Below, one piece after another: positions 28,877-39,244 of a stretch of 64,000 bases of DNA. Position numbers and translations under genes: made by a program. How positions within the stretch are numbered: the stretch's first letter is position 1; every line of letters begins with the position of its first letter. The stretch covers positions 2,065 to 66,064 of the forward strand of contig JAPDKA010000003.1 in assembly GCA_029258825.1 (NCBI GenBank). The letters run 5' to 3'. The DNA comes from an archaeon (GTDB taxonomy: Archaea > Nanobdellota > Nanobdellia > Pacearchaeales > JAPDKA01). The notes beneath the pieces were generated by a model. It did no database searches, was not told where the DNA came from, and saw only the letters and a list, made by a program, of their open reading frames with translations.

Positions 28877-29461
28877 ATGCAATTTGATGAACTGTTAAAG
28901 TCACGATACTCTTGCAGACATTTTAGCATTGTTAATGGCAAACCTGAAAAGATATCATTGGACAAACTTATAGAGATATGCAATGCTGCAAGACTCACGC
29001 CAATGGCAGGAAACATATATAGCATCAAACTTATTCTTGTTACAGATAGGGAAAAAATAATTAAGCTTGCACAAGCCAGCATGCAATCATGGGTTGCTAA
29101 TGCTTACGCAATTATTGTAGTTTGTACAGATGGAAAGCAAACGAGGATTGCTTACGGCAAAGATGCTGAACGTTATTTGCCACAACAAGCAGGTGCGGCA
29201 ATACAAAACATGCTTCTTAAAGCAACCGAGTTAGGCATTGGTAGTTGTTGGGTTGGTGCATTTTATGAAGAAAAGGTTAAAGAAATATTAGGAATTCCAG
29301 ACGACATCAAGGTGGAAGCGATGGTTGTTTTAGGCATGCCAACAAAAAATAAGTTAAAAAAAAGGTTACTCAAACAAAAACCAAAACCAGAATTAAGAAA
29401 CATTTTATATTTTGACAAGTGGAAAGGAAAACGATACAAAGAGAAAGTTCCGGGAGCATAA
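28877..29461 (+). CDS. nitroreductase family protein
   Basis: SRYSCRHF, TPMAGN, GAAIQNMLLKATELGIGSCWVG. Confidence 0.9.
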   Translation: MQFDELLKSRYSCRHFSIVNGKPEKISLDKLIEICNAARLTPMAGNIYSIKLILVTDREKIIKLAQASMQSWVANAYAIIVVCTDGKQTRIAYGKDAERYLPQQAGAAIQNMLLKATELGIGSCWVGAFYEEKVKEILGIPDDIKVEAMVVLGMPTKNKLKKRLLKQKPKPELRNILYFDKWKGKRYKEKVPGA

Positions 29462-29542
29462 TTGTTTTGAAATTTTTTGAATAAATATTCATAATTCTGT
29501 TATGAATATATATTCATAACTAGTTCATCACTAGTTGATACT

Positions 29543-30955
29543 TTAACCTTTCAAAACGCCGAGAGGGGTAAAACGAGCAATTTTGATGTTTATACCATAA
29601 CCAACAACAGAATCAACTACTGCATCAACATCTTTGTATGCTTCAGGTGTTTCTTCTGCCAAACCCTTAAAGCCAGGACTTCTTGTTAATATGCCTCTCT
29701 TCTCTAAACGCTCTTTAACTTCTTTGCCTCTAAATAACTTTAATGCTTTATGCCTTGACATAGTCCTGCCCGAACCATGACAGCTACTACCAAATGTTTC
29801 ACGCATAGCTTTTTCTGTTCCTTCAAGTAAATAGCTAGCAGTACCCATACTACCAGCAATGAGCACAGGCATATCAGGAAAACTTCTTGTTGCACCTTTA
29901 CGATGCACATAGAGCCACTGCTGCTTACTTGTGCCAGGCAAAAAGTGCTTTTCATATTTAACAATATTATGACATATACTATAAATGAGATGCATATCTA
30001 AATCCTCCCATGAACTACCAAATACTTTTTCAAAGCTTTGTCTTGTCCAATGCAAAATGATTTGCCTGTTAGTGAATGCAAAATTAACTGCAGCTTGCAT
30101 TGCTTTAAAATAATCCTGACCTTCTTTACTGTTGACAGGAGCACAAACAAGTTGAGGATCCGGCAATTTAATGTTGTATTTTTTAACAGCACTTGCGTGA
30201 ATCTTCAAATAATCTGTTGCAACTTGATGGCCTAGTCCTCTTGAACCTGTATGAAGCATAATTGTTATTTGCCCTTCATGTGTAATGCCATATTTCTTCG
30301 CTCTTGCCTTATCATAAATTTTGTCAACTCTCTGTATTTCAAGAAAGTGATTACCACTGCCTAAAGTGCCAAGCTGTTCTAAACCACGACGTTTTGCAAG
30401 ATCGCTAACTTTACTTGCATCAGCACCATGCATCACGCCATGTTCTTCAGTCGCTTTTTTATCTTTTTCATTTGCGAATCCGTGCTGTATTGCCCAATCA
30501 ACGCCATTAGCAAGAACTTGATCAAGCTCATGAATGCTTAACTTAAGCCTTCCAGTTGCACCAACACCACAAGGAATAGCATCAAACAATACATCCAACA
30601 ATTTACTAAGTTTTGGTTTGACATCATCAACGCTAAGGTTTGTCCTTATTAACGACACACCACAATTAATATCAAAGCCACACATACCAGCACTAATAAC
30701 ACCATCCTCATTAAAAGCACCGACAGCGCCCATAGGCAAACCATAACCCCAATGCATGTCAGGCATAGCAAGAACAGGCTCAACCACACCAGGAAGCATG
30801 GCAACATTACTAAGTTGCTGCACAGCTTGATCTTCGGCAGCATCAATAATTGCTTTATTTGCGATTATTTTTGCATTAACATGCATTCCAGCACGGGCTG
30901 TTTTTGGCAATAACCATTCATAATCGCTAATTTTTCTCAATTTTTCCTTCCACAT
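29543..30955 (-). CDS. rtcB: RNA-splicing ligase RtcB
   Basis: MPDMHWGYG, DINCG, GSGNHFLE, HTGSRG, HN, HRKGAT, HGSGR, EETPEAYKD. Confidence 0.95.
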   Translation of the reverse strand: MWKEKLRKISDYEWLLPKTARAGMHVNAKIIANKAIIDAAEDQAVQQLSNVAMLPGVVEPVLAMPDMHWGYGLPMGAVGAFNEDGVISAGMCGFDINCGVSLIRTNLSVDDVKPKLSKLLDVLFDAIPCGVGATGRLKLSIHELDQVLANGVDWAIQHGFANEKDKKATEEHGVMHGADASKVSDLAKRRGLEQLGTLGSGNHFLEIQRVDKIYDKARAKKYGITHEGQITIMLHTGSRGLGHQVATDYLKIHASAVKKYNIKLPDPQLVCAPVNSKEGQDYFKAMQAAVNFAFTNRQIILHWTRQSFEKVFGSSWEDLDMHLIYSICHNIVKYEKHFLPGTSKQQWLYVHRKGATRSFPDMPVLIAGSMGTASYLLEGTEKAMRETFGSSCHGSGRTMSRHKALKLFRGKEVKERLEKRGILTRSPGFKGLAEETPEAYKDVDAVVDSVVGYGINIKIARFTPLGVLKG

Positions 30956-31041
30956 AATGCTTAAACACAGTAAGGGTTTAAAAATGTAGCGAGACAAAAC
31001 ACGGAAATATTTAAAAGTAAAAAAATAATCAAAAAAGCAAA

Positions 31042-31518
31042 ATGAAAATAATTGTCACGTATGGTGTTGGAAAAGCCAGCACAGAGTTGGCAGCATTTCA
31101 CAATGCATTGAAAGATGCAGGCATAGAAATGTTCAACATTATAAAATTAAGTTCTGTCATTCCGGCCAATGCTACAGTTATAGTAGACGAAAACAAACAG
31201 CTTATTAATCAATTAAAGAAAAATGCAAAAGTGGGCGATAAACTTTATGCTGTGATAGCTGAAAAAGCCGGTAACAAAGTAGCAGCAGGTCTTGGATGGA
31301 GCATAACAGATAACGGTGGTATTTTTGTGGAGCATGTTGGTAAAAATAAGCAGGAAGTTGAAATGCTGATAAGAAAAAGTCTATCAGATATAGGCTTGAA
31401 CAATGTGCAAATGAAAATTGTTGAAGCAGCAACACAAAGCGAAAGCGAAATTGCTTGTGCAGTCGTTTGTGCCGTATATGCTATTGGGGGGTGGGATAAC
31501 TGTAAAAAAATTTATTAA
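31042..31518 (+). CDS. pdaD: pyruvoyl-dependent arginine decarboxylase
   Basis: AFHNALKDAGI..FNIIKLSSVIP (Ser-Ser autocleavage site). Confidence 0.85.
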   Translation: MKIIVTYGVGKASTELAAFHNALKDAGIEMFNIIKLSSVIPANATVIVDENKQLINQLKKNAKVGDKLYAVIAEKAGNKVAAGLGWSITDNGGIFVEHVGKNKQEVEMLIRKSLSDIGLNNVQMKIVEAATQSESEIACAVVCAVYAIGGWDNCKKIY

Positions 31519-31539
31519 TGTTAGATTCTTTATAGTATC

Positions 31540-31818
31540 ATGGAAAGAAAATGGTATGAAATGCTGGATGAAGAAACAAAAAAACATTTTGAGAGGTTGG
31601 TGCTTGCTAGTTATTTGCATAAGCATGCATTTGAAAAAGCAGAAAGGCCTGCAATTGCCCAACTATGGATAGCACTAGCCATGTTAAGCAAGAAGAATGA
31701 AGAACTAACAAAAAAAATTAATGAAATAACGCAACAAATAAGCAGAAAAAAGCAGGCTAAGAAAAAAGCAAGCAAAACGAGAGCAAAAAAGGCAAAAATA
31801 AAAGCGAAAAAGAAATAA
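31540..31818 (+). CDS. small hypothetical coiled-coil protein with Lys-rich tail
   Basis: AQLWIALAML followed by a coiled coil and a K/A-rich C-terminus. Confidence 0.65.
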   Translation: MERKWYEMLDEETKKHFERLVLASYLHKHAFEKAERPAIAQLWIALAMLSKKNEELTKKINEITQQISRKKQAKKKASKTRAKKAKIKAKKK

Positions 31819-31853
31819 CGTTAAATCGGCAAGTTTCATATCTCTATGCATTG

Positions 31854-33077
31854 TTATCTTAATTGGTGTTCGATTTTCATAAGCCTTAATATCTTTGCCA
31901 TGCGTTCTCTTCCTGTAATGCCTACTTTAACATAATCTGCATGCCATGCAACAGCTAAATCAGCAAGCCAGTCATCAAGAGTCTCGCCAGAACGATGAGA
32001 AAAAACAAGTTTAATCTTATGCTTAATCGCAAGATCAACTATTTGTTTTGTTTTTATCAAACTACCAACCTGATTAGGCTTGATTATTATCGCATTTACT
32101 GCTTTCATCTTTATTGCTTTTTTTAACCTATCTATGTTTGTAGCAATAAGATCGTCACCACAAACTACAGCTTTGTTTTTGGTTTGTTGCAATAACAATG
32201 CAAAATAATCAAAGCTGTCTTCGGCAAATGCATCTTCAATATAAAAAAGATTGAACTGTTTTGTTATTGTGTTAACAAAACTGAGTTGTTGCTTTTCATT
32301 AAGCTTTGCTTTGCCTGGAAAGTTGTCATAGCAATAGTAATAGCCATTCCACAAACTTGATGCAGCAATATCAAGACCAAGCGATAGTTCTATTGAATAA
32401 TTTTTATTTATAAACTCCTTTACAGAGTCAAGCAATCTTAACACTGCAACATTGTCTAGTTGCGGACAATAAGCATTTTCATCTGTATAAGTAAACTTTA
32501 CTTTTGATTTTTTTAACATAACACCTATTTGTTTGTATGCTTGCATATTGATGAACTGTGCTTCAGCAAAAGATTTTGCTTTTGGCAATAGCAGAAATTC
32601 TTGAAAATCTGGTTTGATATGCTGAATGCTATGCTTGCCGCCCCCGATTGCGTTGCCTAAAGGTAAAGGCATTCGTTTAGGCTTTTTTTCTGCTAGGAAT
32701 TGCCATAGCTCAACTTGCTGGAGTTTTGCAAAAGCCCTAAGCAATGCCAACTCAAGAGCAAGCAAAGCATTACCACCTATATGCTTAAGCTGTTGAGTTG
32801 CATCATATTGTTTTGCAAGTTGTTCAAGTTTTGCAAGATCATCAAATTGCTCAATTTTAAAGTTGCTTGCTATTAGTTTTTTGCCTATCTCATTAACAAA
32901 ATTTATACTTTGTTTTATACCACCAACAGCAATGTCGCACACTTCATAAGCACTTTTACTTTTACCTTTTGGCACTGAAGCAGAAACAACAAAATTATCG
33001 CATTTAACAATAACTTCAATAGTCGTATCATTACGCGAATCTGTGATTGCCCTTGCCTTTATGCTTCTTAAATGCAT
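31854..33077 (-). CDS. eno: enolase (divergent)
   Basis: DSR...IEV, GGNALLA, GGGKH, FQEF, GLDIAAS, IED, GDDL, IKPNQ, SHRSGET. Confidence 0.9.
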   Translation of the reverse strand: MHLRSIKARAITDSRNDTTIEVIVKCDNFVVSASVPKGKSKSAYEVCDIAVGGIKQSINFVNEIGKKLIASNFKIEQFDDLAKLEQLAKQYDATQQLKHIGGNALLALELALLRAFAKLQQVELWQFLAEKKPKRMPLPLGNAIGGGKHSIQHIKPDFQEFLLLPKAKSFAEAQFINMQAYKQIGVMLKKSKVKFTYTDENAYCPQLDNVAVLRLLDSVKEFINKNYSIELSLGLDIAASSLWNGYYYCYDNFPGKAKLNEKQQLSFVNTITKQFNLFYIEDAFAEDSFDYFALLLQQTKNKAVVCGDDLIATNIDRLKKAIKMKAVNAIIIKPNQVGSLIKTKQIVDLAIKHKIKLVFSHRSGETLDDWLADLAVAWHADYVKVGITGRERMAKILRLMKIEHQLR

Positions 33078-33165
33078 AACATTAAAGACATAATATGGTA
33101 TAAAAAAGCTTCGAAAAACAAAAAATGCGCAGTAGATTTAAATAACTTCATAAATTATAAGTCGC

Positions 33166-33870
33166 ATGAATTTTGCAAATAAAAGATTAAGCAGGATAAA
33201 TTGGGAAAGATATCACAATCCAAAATTAATAGAAAAATATAAAGAAAAAGCTATTGAAGGGTTGACAACAGAGGAAAAAGACATAATAAAGCAATACTGT
33301 CACAAATTTTTGAAAAAAAGAAACGTGAATGTGTTAGTTATAGGTAGCGGAAATGGACGAGAAATCTTTGGAATAAAAAATGAGTTCAACGTTAATTGGA
33401 AGTTTGTAGGCATAGATTATTCCCTGCCATTAATAAAACAAGCTAAAGAGATAAGAAAAAAATTCAATATAAAGAATGTTAGCTTCATTTGCAAGGATAT
33501 CACAAAAATAAAATTAAAAAAGAATAGTTTTGATATAGTTCTCGCATTTAACTGTTTTCTTGATCTGATCATTGGAAAAAACAAAGAAAAGCTAATTAAG
33601 AAAATTTCTGAATGGTGTAAACCTGGCGGGATTATTATATTCAATCTTAACCGAATACGTAACTTTTTACCTGAAATGTTTATCAAAATAATAAGAAAAG
33701 ATTTTTCTTTTGTGATAATAATGAATGATGAAATAGGGATCAAAACAGCTGTTAACCCGCTTCCTTCCTTTATTTACAAAAAGATTATCTTCAAAAAATA
33801 TTTAAAAATTATAAAAATTATTTTATGCAAACATACTTACTATATTGTTTGTACTTCAATTAGAAATTAA
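33166..33870 (+). CDS. class I SAM-dependent methyltransferase
   Basis: VLVIGSGNGR, GIDYS, SFDIV, CKPGG; very AT-rich. Confidence 0.8.
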   Translation: MNFANKRLSRINWERYHNPKLIEKYKEKAIEGLTTEEKDIIKQYCHKFLKKRNVNVLVIGSGNGREIFGIKNEFNVNWKFVGIDYSLPLIKQAKEIRKKFNIKNVSFICKDITKIKLKKNSFDIVLAFNCFLDLIIGKNKEKLIKKISEWCKPGGIIIFNLNRIRNFLPEMFIKIIRKDFSFVIIMNDEIGIKTAVNPLPSFIYKKIIFKKYLKIIKIILCKHTYYIVCTSIRN

Positions 33871-33875
33871 GAACG

Positions 33876-34325
33876 TTACTCCTCAAGTTCGCCTTCTTCA
33901 GCAGGTTTTTCTTCTTCGGTTTCTTCCTCTTCGACACCTTCAAGCATTTCTCTGACAGTTTCTTCAACAACTTCTTTTTCTGCCTCTTTCTTTTCCTCTT
34001 CAAGCTCTTCTTTTGGTTCAACAACTTCTTCAAGCTCAACAGCTTCTTCTTCAAGTTGCTCTATTTTTAGAGGAGCAGGCCTACGTATCGTGATAGGCAA
34101 CACACCCGCCATGAACTCAAGCTCAGCAATTTTTATAGGATCATAACGCACAGCACGGAGTTCATCATCGCTAAGTTTTAATAGTATAGGCGCATTCATG
34201 CTTATTTGCAATGCCCTCGCACCGATTATTCTAGCAATTTCAAATCTAGTGTAGTGCCTATAAATAGAAGGTATTTCTTCCTTAATACGGACTTGCAACG
34301 AATCTTTAAGGTATTCGCGCTTCAT
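33876..34325 (-). CDS. rpoK: RNA polymerase subunit K (Rpo6) with long Glu-rich tail
   Basis: [38 protein letters not shown]. Confidence 0.93.
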   Translation of the reverse strand: MKREYLKDSLQVRIKEEIPSIYRHYTRFEIARIIGARALQISMNAPILLKLSDDELRAVRYDPIKIAELEFMAGVLPITIRRPAPLKIEQLEEEAVELEEVVEPKEELEEEKKEAEKEVVEETVREMLEGVEEEETEEEKPAEEGELEE

Positions 34326-34361
34326 GTTAGCCTAGCGAAGTTTAAGTTTAAAAATCTTGCT

Positions 34362-35204
34362 TTATTTTTCTTTGCTTGTTGCTTTTTTTGTTTTTGCTTT
34401 TTTTAACTCTTTCTTCACAATATCGAGCAAGTATGATGCCGCTTCTATAGCTCTATCAAAAGCACTGCCAAGTTCATCAATTGAAAACGGTTCTATGCCA
34501 TGTTTTTGCAATGCATTTATGACCGGCTTGTTTTTTGGAAATGATACAGCCACACTTATGCCAGCCTCAACAGTTTTTTCTTCAACACTTGTAGGGTCGA
34601 TAAGCAGATTACCATTTATTTTGTAAACAGTTACAAGTATTGGCATTTTATCGTCGACAAGCGGCAATGGCTTGTCTGTAAATTCACCAAACAATACTTT
34701 ATCGTTTTCGTATTTTGGTAGTACTGCAGTTTTCAAGGCTAAAACACTAGCAAGAGCTGCAGCATCAAGCAGGTTGCCATCATCATTGATAGGATAAATA
34801 TCAAGATAGATTGCCCAAACTTTTTCACCAGGTTTTATGCATAGTTTTTTAAAATCAATAAAACCGCTCTCACGAATACCTCTATCAATAATCCTGCTTA
34901 ACTCTATTGCTTTTGCATCGGGTGCGCCTGGCTCAAACTCGTCTGAAGCTAAAGGAATAAGTTCTGCTGACGTGATTAATATGCCTTCCTCCGGCGTATC
35001 AGGAAATGGTTCGAGAGCATTAAGCTTAACACCAGCAATAACCTTCGTATTGCCAAATTCTACCATTACACTGCCTTCAGCATTTTTTGAAACACCGAAT
35101 GTTATTTTTATGTCTCTATATTCGTCTGCTTTTCTGTTATCCAACCTTATATTTTCATCCAACAATTCTGCTATACGCTTTTTTGTTATTTTCGATATCT
35201 CCAT
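34362..35204 (-). CDS. rrp42: exosome subunit Rrp42
   Basis: RLDNR...YR, AEGS..V.FGNTKVIAGVK, FEPG, IDRGIRES, DDGNLLDA. Confidence 0.93.
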   Translation of the reverse strand: MEISKITKKRIAELLDENIRLDNRKADEYRDIKITFGVSKNAEGSVMVEFGNTKVIAGVKLNALEPFPDTPEEGILITSAELIPLASDEFEPGAPDAKAIELSRIIDRGIRESGFIDFKKLCIKPGEKVWAIYLDIYPINDDGNLLDAAALASVLALKTAVLPKYENDKVLFGEFTDKPLPLVDDKMPILVTVYKINGNLLIDPTSVEEKTVEAGISVAVSFPKNKPVINALQKHGIEPFSIDELGSAFDRAIEAASYLLDIVKKELKKAKTKKATSKEK

Positions 35205-35209
35205 TTTAT

Positions 35210-35914
35210 TTATTCATATTTTATTTTTTTCAACACATCAACTTGCAGCTTGTGTATTTTTTCGCATGCTTTTTGGCCTAGTTTTATTGCCTCAAGCAAT
35301 TCCTGCTTTGTTATATCACCATCAAGCTGAAGCAAGCTGATTTTTTTCGATATAGGTAAGTATGCTAATGCAATGTCTGTTGCCATCTTTACACCATTCT
35401 CTTCATAATCCTCCTCATCTTTGGAAACATCAACCACAAGCTTACCGCCGATTTTACCTACAGAAACTGCAGTGACAAGCTCTTTCATAGGTATGCCTGC
35501 ACTAGCTAATGCAAGCGATGCAGCATTTATACCAGCAACCCTTGTTGAAGCATTTGCCTGCATCACATAAACAAAAACATCAACAACAGCATTAGGAAAG
35601 TTTTCAAGCATCAACGCAGGCTCTAAAGCACGTGTTGACACGCTCGAAATCTCTATGCTTCGTCTTGTGGGGCCGGGCCTTTTGCGCTCTTTAACAGAGA
35701 AACTCATCATATCATAGTAAACCCTCAACAAAGCTTTTTCAGGATTTTGCAAATGCTGTGGATAAAGCTGTCTAGGCCCATAAACAGCAGCAATAGCTAC
35801 TGTATCACCGAATGCAAACAATGCCGAACCGTTTGCTTTAGGCACAACATTGATTTCTGCTCTGATCGGTCTAGTTTCATCAAACTTCCTACCATCAAAA
35901 CGTTTGGTGTACAT
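35210..35914 (-). CDS. rrp41: exosome subunit Rrp41
   Basis: RFDGRKFDETRP, AVYGPR, ERKRPGPTRRSIEIS, TRVAGINAASLALA. Confidence 0.95.
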   Translation of the reverse strand: MYTKRFDGRKFDETRPIRAEINVVPKANGSALFAFGDTVAIAAVYGPRQLYPQHLQNPEKALLRVYYDMMSFSVKERKRPGPTRRSIEISSVSTRALEPALMLENFPNAVVDVFVYVMQANASTRVAGINAASLALASAGIPMKELVTAVSVGKIGGKLVVDVSKDEEDYEENGVKMATDIALAYLPISKKISLLQLDGDITKQELLEAIKLGQKACEKIHKLQVDVLKKIKYE

Positions 35915-35915
35915 T

Positions 35916-36614
35916 TTACTTCTTTGTTTTTTGTTTTGATTTTTCTATTTCTTTTTTTCTTTGTTCGATAAACTCTTTGACCTTCTCTGTTAAACCATCA
36001 AGCAAAGGCTTTGCTGCAACAAGTTCTATAGCTTCTTTAGCAACAATTTCATCATCTGCTGTTTTACCACTTATCCATATTAGGCCGTTCTGGCCAACAA
36101 TAATTTTTGTGTTTGTTGCTTGTTTAATAGCATTAACCATGCTTCCGCCACGGCCAATGATTCTTGCTACTCTGACCGGTGATACTCTAATGATTAACCC
36201 TGTTGTTAGTTTTTGCATGCCTTTACCTTTCATACTAAGCTCGATGCTTCTCAACTTAACAGAGTTAACTTTAGCCACAATTATATCATGCACATTAAGA
36301 TACTCTGCCAAATCGTCTTTATTAACAAACCTTCCACATTCTGTGATAGGAAGGAAACCAAGATGAGGAGCTAGCACGTCAATTAACCAACCGTTGAACG
36401 TTATGTCTACAACCTGGCCTATGACAGTATTACCAACTCTCGGTATATATGCGCCAGCAAGAGGAATGATTTTTGCTGTATTGTTTTCTATGTTGAGCAA
36501 TCCATGCTTTAATGCAACTATATCTTTTCCAACCCTTCTTGTGCCGTCTCCTGGCAATATATTATAGCCAGAAGCAACGACTTCACCAGGAACAACAATC
36601 TTCCGTTGTTGCAT
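35916..36614 (-). CDS. rrp4: exosome RNA-binding subunit Rrp4
   Basis: VVPGE, YIPRVGNTVIG (S1), KH RIIGRGGSM, VGQNG.IW. Confidence 0.93.
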   Translation of the reverse strand: MQQRKIVVPGEVVASGYNILPGDGTRRVGKDIVALKHGLLNIENNTAKIIPLAGAYIPRVGNTVIGQVVDITFNGWLIDVLAPHLGFLPITECGRFVNKDDLAEYLNVHDIIVAKVNSVKLRSIELSMKGKGMQKLTTGLIIRVSPVRVARIIGRGGSMVNAIKQATNTKIIVGQNGLIWISGKTADDEIVAKEAIELVAAKPLLDGLTEKVKEFIEQRKKEIEKSKQKTKK

Positions 36615-36686
36615 TTGTAATAATGTTACTTGCTTTAATTTGGTTTTATTTTATTTGTTAAAAAATATATTTTTGATTTTTGCTTT

Positions 36687-37202
36687 TCAGCTACTCATCA
36701 TTTTCTGCCTTTTTAAATCTTTTGTTTTGTAATTATGAATTTCATTTTTAAGCATAGTTCTTATTTTTTCGATTTGCTCATTTGTTATAGTGTTAATCAG
36801 CTCTTTTATTTCCAAAATTAAATCTCTTAGTTGATCAAAGTTAATTGTAACTTTTTTATTTTTCAAATAATATTGATTATCAATTCTCAACTCTTTATCT
36901 CTTTCAAGCATTTTAGCAATCCCCTTCTTTATGATTCCCTGTCTCTCAAGAAACTTTAAAATTTCTATTGTGCAAATATGTATTTCCGATTTTATACCTA
37001 TACGCATTAGTAATGCATATAACGCAAAGTATTCGCAATAATATTTTGTAGTGGCTAACCACATATTAGATTTTTTCTCTATAGCCCTTAATACAAGTAA
37101 AGTTTCTTCTGCACTTCGTAGGTATTCTCTTGCAAGATTTTCGTTTGGTTCGATAAATTTCACCTCTTTTTTATTAAAACACCACTTTAACTTATCAACC
37201 AT
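36687..37202 (-). CDS. HEPN-domain protein (HEPN/MNT toxin-antitoxin)
   Basis: YY..YFALYALL, SEIH.CT, LRIDNQY; overlaps the MNT gene. Confidence 0.8.
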   Translation of the reverse strand: MVDKLKWCFNKKEVKFIEPNENLAREYLRSAEETLLVLRAIEKKSNMWLATTKYYCEYFALYALLMRIGIKSEIHICTIEILKFLERQGIIKKGIAKMLERDKELRIDNQYYLKNKKVTINFDQLRDLILEIKELINTITNEQIEKIRTMLKNEIHNYKTKDLKRQKMMSS

Positions 37203-37735
37203 TTTATTAACTCCTCACTTCCTTGAACAATAAGATGTTTATTAATAATTTCTTTTTTTAAAGTTTCATTTACTTGTTTTAAATTTTCCACATGGATTAT
37301 ATGAAACTTCAAATTAAGCTTCTTCTCTAAAACCACTAATTCTGATTTTTTTAGTTTACCTACAACTAGCATATCTACATCTCTTGCTTTTTTCAAAGAG
37401 TGTGTAGCAGAACCAAAAATTAAGATCGGGTTATCAAATTTATGCAAGTAACTAACAATTTCCTTTAGCAATAATTCTTCTCGACATCTTTTAATCAACT
37501 TTTCTTTTTCAATTATTGTCAAATAATCTATAAGTAGAGGATTATGTTTTAATTTGTAAAATGTTTGTCTACCTTTTTTTTCTTTTGAAATTAAACCGAT
37601 TTTTTCAAATACAGCTAACTGCTTTCTTACAGTTGTATGGGGCGACTTAAGTTTTCTTGAGATCTCTGCTAAATGAACAGGTTCTGAATATAACAATGGT
37701 TCTAAAATTGACCAAATTGAAATTTTTTTAACCAT
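37187..37735 (-). CDS. wHTH + minimal nucleotidyltransferase (MNT) protein
   Basis: HLAEISRKL...HTTVRKQL; LIFGS...RDVDMLVVG. Confidence 0.82.
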   Translation of the reverse strand: MVKKISIWSILEPLLYSEPVHLAEISRKLKSPHTTVRKQLAVFEKIGLISKEKKGRQTFYKLKHNPLLIDYLTIIEKEKLIKRCREELLLKEIVSYLHKFDNPILIFGSATHSLKKARDVDMLVVGKLKKSELVVLEKKLNLKFHIIHVENLKQVNETLKKEIINKHLIVQGSEELIKWLIS

Positions 37736-37833
37736 GTTGTTATTTTTGTAACGAATATTTAAAAATGTTTCGATTCAATTTTTAGAAATACAACAAATTA
37801 AGAGAAGCTTAGAAGCTTTATTTTTAATTATTT

Positions 37834-39015
37834 TTATTTACTCTTTTTTACAAATTTAGCTTTCGCAACACCCCAACGCACAAGCAAGTTTGAGAAAAGT
37901 ACAGGCACGACAAACTTAAACACTATGCTTGAAGCTACAATTATGCTATACAAATCTGATGCAACTAAACCATAATCATACAAAATTTTTATGATAATAA
38001 TACTTGTACTAAATCTAACAGACAAACTAATTCCAAGAAGTAATGATTGTCTTGGAGTTAATTCACGTCTTGCCACAATAAAGCTCGCTAAGAGCTTGGC
38101 ACCTTTCGATACAACAACAACAAGAATGATAAGCAAAGGAAAAGTAAGTAAGTAATGCATATCCAAACTTGCGCCAACCCATAAGAAAAATATTGGTGCA
38201 AAAAAACCGTAACAGATGGCTTTAACTTCATTCTTAATTAACTCTACACGTTGTTTCGGCATGAACGTCTTTAAGCTTATGCCGGCAAGTAAAGCAGCGA
38301 GAGGAGAAGCTTCAGCAAGATTACCGATTCCTAAAAACAAAAACAAAACAAACAAAGCAAATAGCAACAATGTTTCTATGCTAAAGAAAGCAAACTTTTT
38401 GCCGTACTTTTTGAATTTTGTAAACACAACAGTAAGCAAAAACAACATGAATAAGGAAAACAATATAGCGTGAATGCTGAATTGTGTTTTGAAACTAGAA
38501 CCAACCAAAAGCGAAACAAGAATCAATGTAAAAATTTCAAAAATATCATCAAGAGTACCGATACCAATAATAGACTGGCCAAGCTTTGTGTTTATTATGC
38601 CAAACTCATCCAAGATAGGAACAAGAATTGCCTCTCCAACTGTAGCAAAGGAAAGTGAAACAAGAAACGAGATAAACCAAGAATAGTGAAAAACAAAACG
38701 AATAAGCAAACCGCCGAACAATGCTTCAAATAAAATGATGAATAATGTCGCTTTAACAATAAACTTGCTGTGTGTTTTTAATTCTTTTAAGTCTATTTCA
38801 AAACCGATTATAAAAAGTAAGAAATACATGCCTAACTGTGCAAGCAAGATAAACGCTTGTGATGAAGTAATTTCAGAGAAAGGGTTATGAATGGCTAAAA
38901 AAGCTCCTATAAGCAATGCTGCAAAAATCCATGGCACGCGAATTTTTTCAATGGCTCTACCTAGCAAAAACGTCAGCAAAAACATTAATGCCAAAAACAA
39001 AAACAGGTTTACCAT
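37834..39015 (-). CDS. cation:proton antiporter (CPA2/Kef-type)
   Basis: About 12 TM helices, LLFIIGFEID, TLDD, FFAPIFFLWVG, SKG. Confidence 0.88.
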   Translation of the reverse strand: MVNLFLFLALMFLLTFLLGRAIEKIRVPWIFAALLIGAFLAIHNPFSEITSSQAFILLAQLGMYFLLFIIGFEIDLKELKTHSKFIVKATLFIILFEALFGGLLIRFVFHYSWFISFLVSLSFATVGEAILVPILDEFGIINTKLGQSIIGIGTLDDIFEIFTLILVSLLVGSSFKTQFSIHAILFSLFMLFLLTVVFTKFKKYGKKFAFFSIETLLLFALFVLFLFLGIGNLAEASPLAALLAGISLKTFMPKQRVELIKNEVKAICYGFFAPIFFLWVGASLDMHYLLTFPLLIILVVVVSKGAKLLASFIVARRELTPRQSLLLGISLSVRFSTSIIIIKILYDYGLVASDLYSIIVASSIVFKFVVPVLFSNLLVRWGVAKAKFVKKSK

Positions 39016-39025
39016 AAACAGAACA

Positions 39026-39229
39026 TTATTTTTGTGTTTTTAAATTCAACGTTGCATTTTTTAGCTTATCGTCAATCTTTTTCAATTCTTTTGTTGCAAT
39101 GATTAACTGTGGTAGAATATCAAGATATAGGGTTGCAATAGGGCTATGGCTAGTTATTTTTCTAACAAAATTATAAACTCTAACAAAATTGTTGCTTTGC
39201 TTGTCGTTTTTTGTTTTGCTTTTTTTCAT
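39026..39229 (-). CDS. small hypothetical protein
   Basis: Fills the gap between SBDS and the antiporter on the same strand. Confidence 0.4.
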   Translation of the reverse strand: MKKSKTKNDKQSNNFVRVYNFVRKITSHSPIATLYLDILPQLIIATKELKKIDDKLKNATLNLKTQK

Positions 39230-39244
39230 TTTGCTTGTAGAAGA

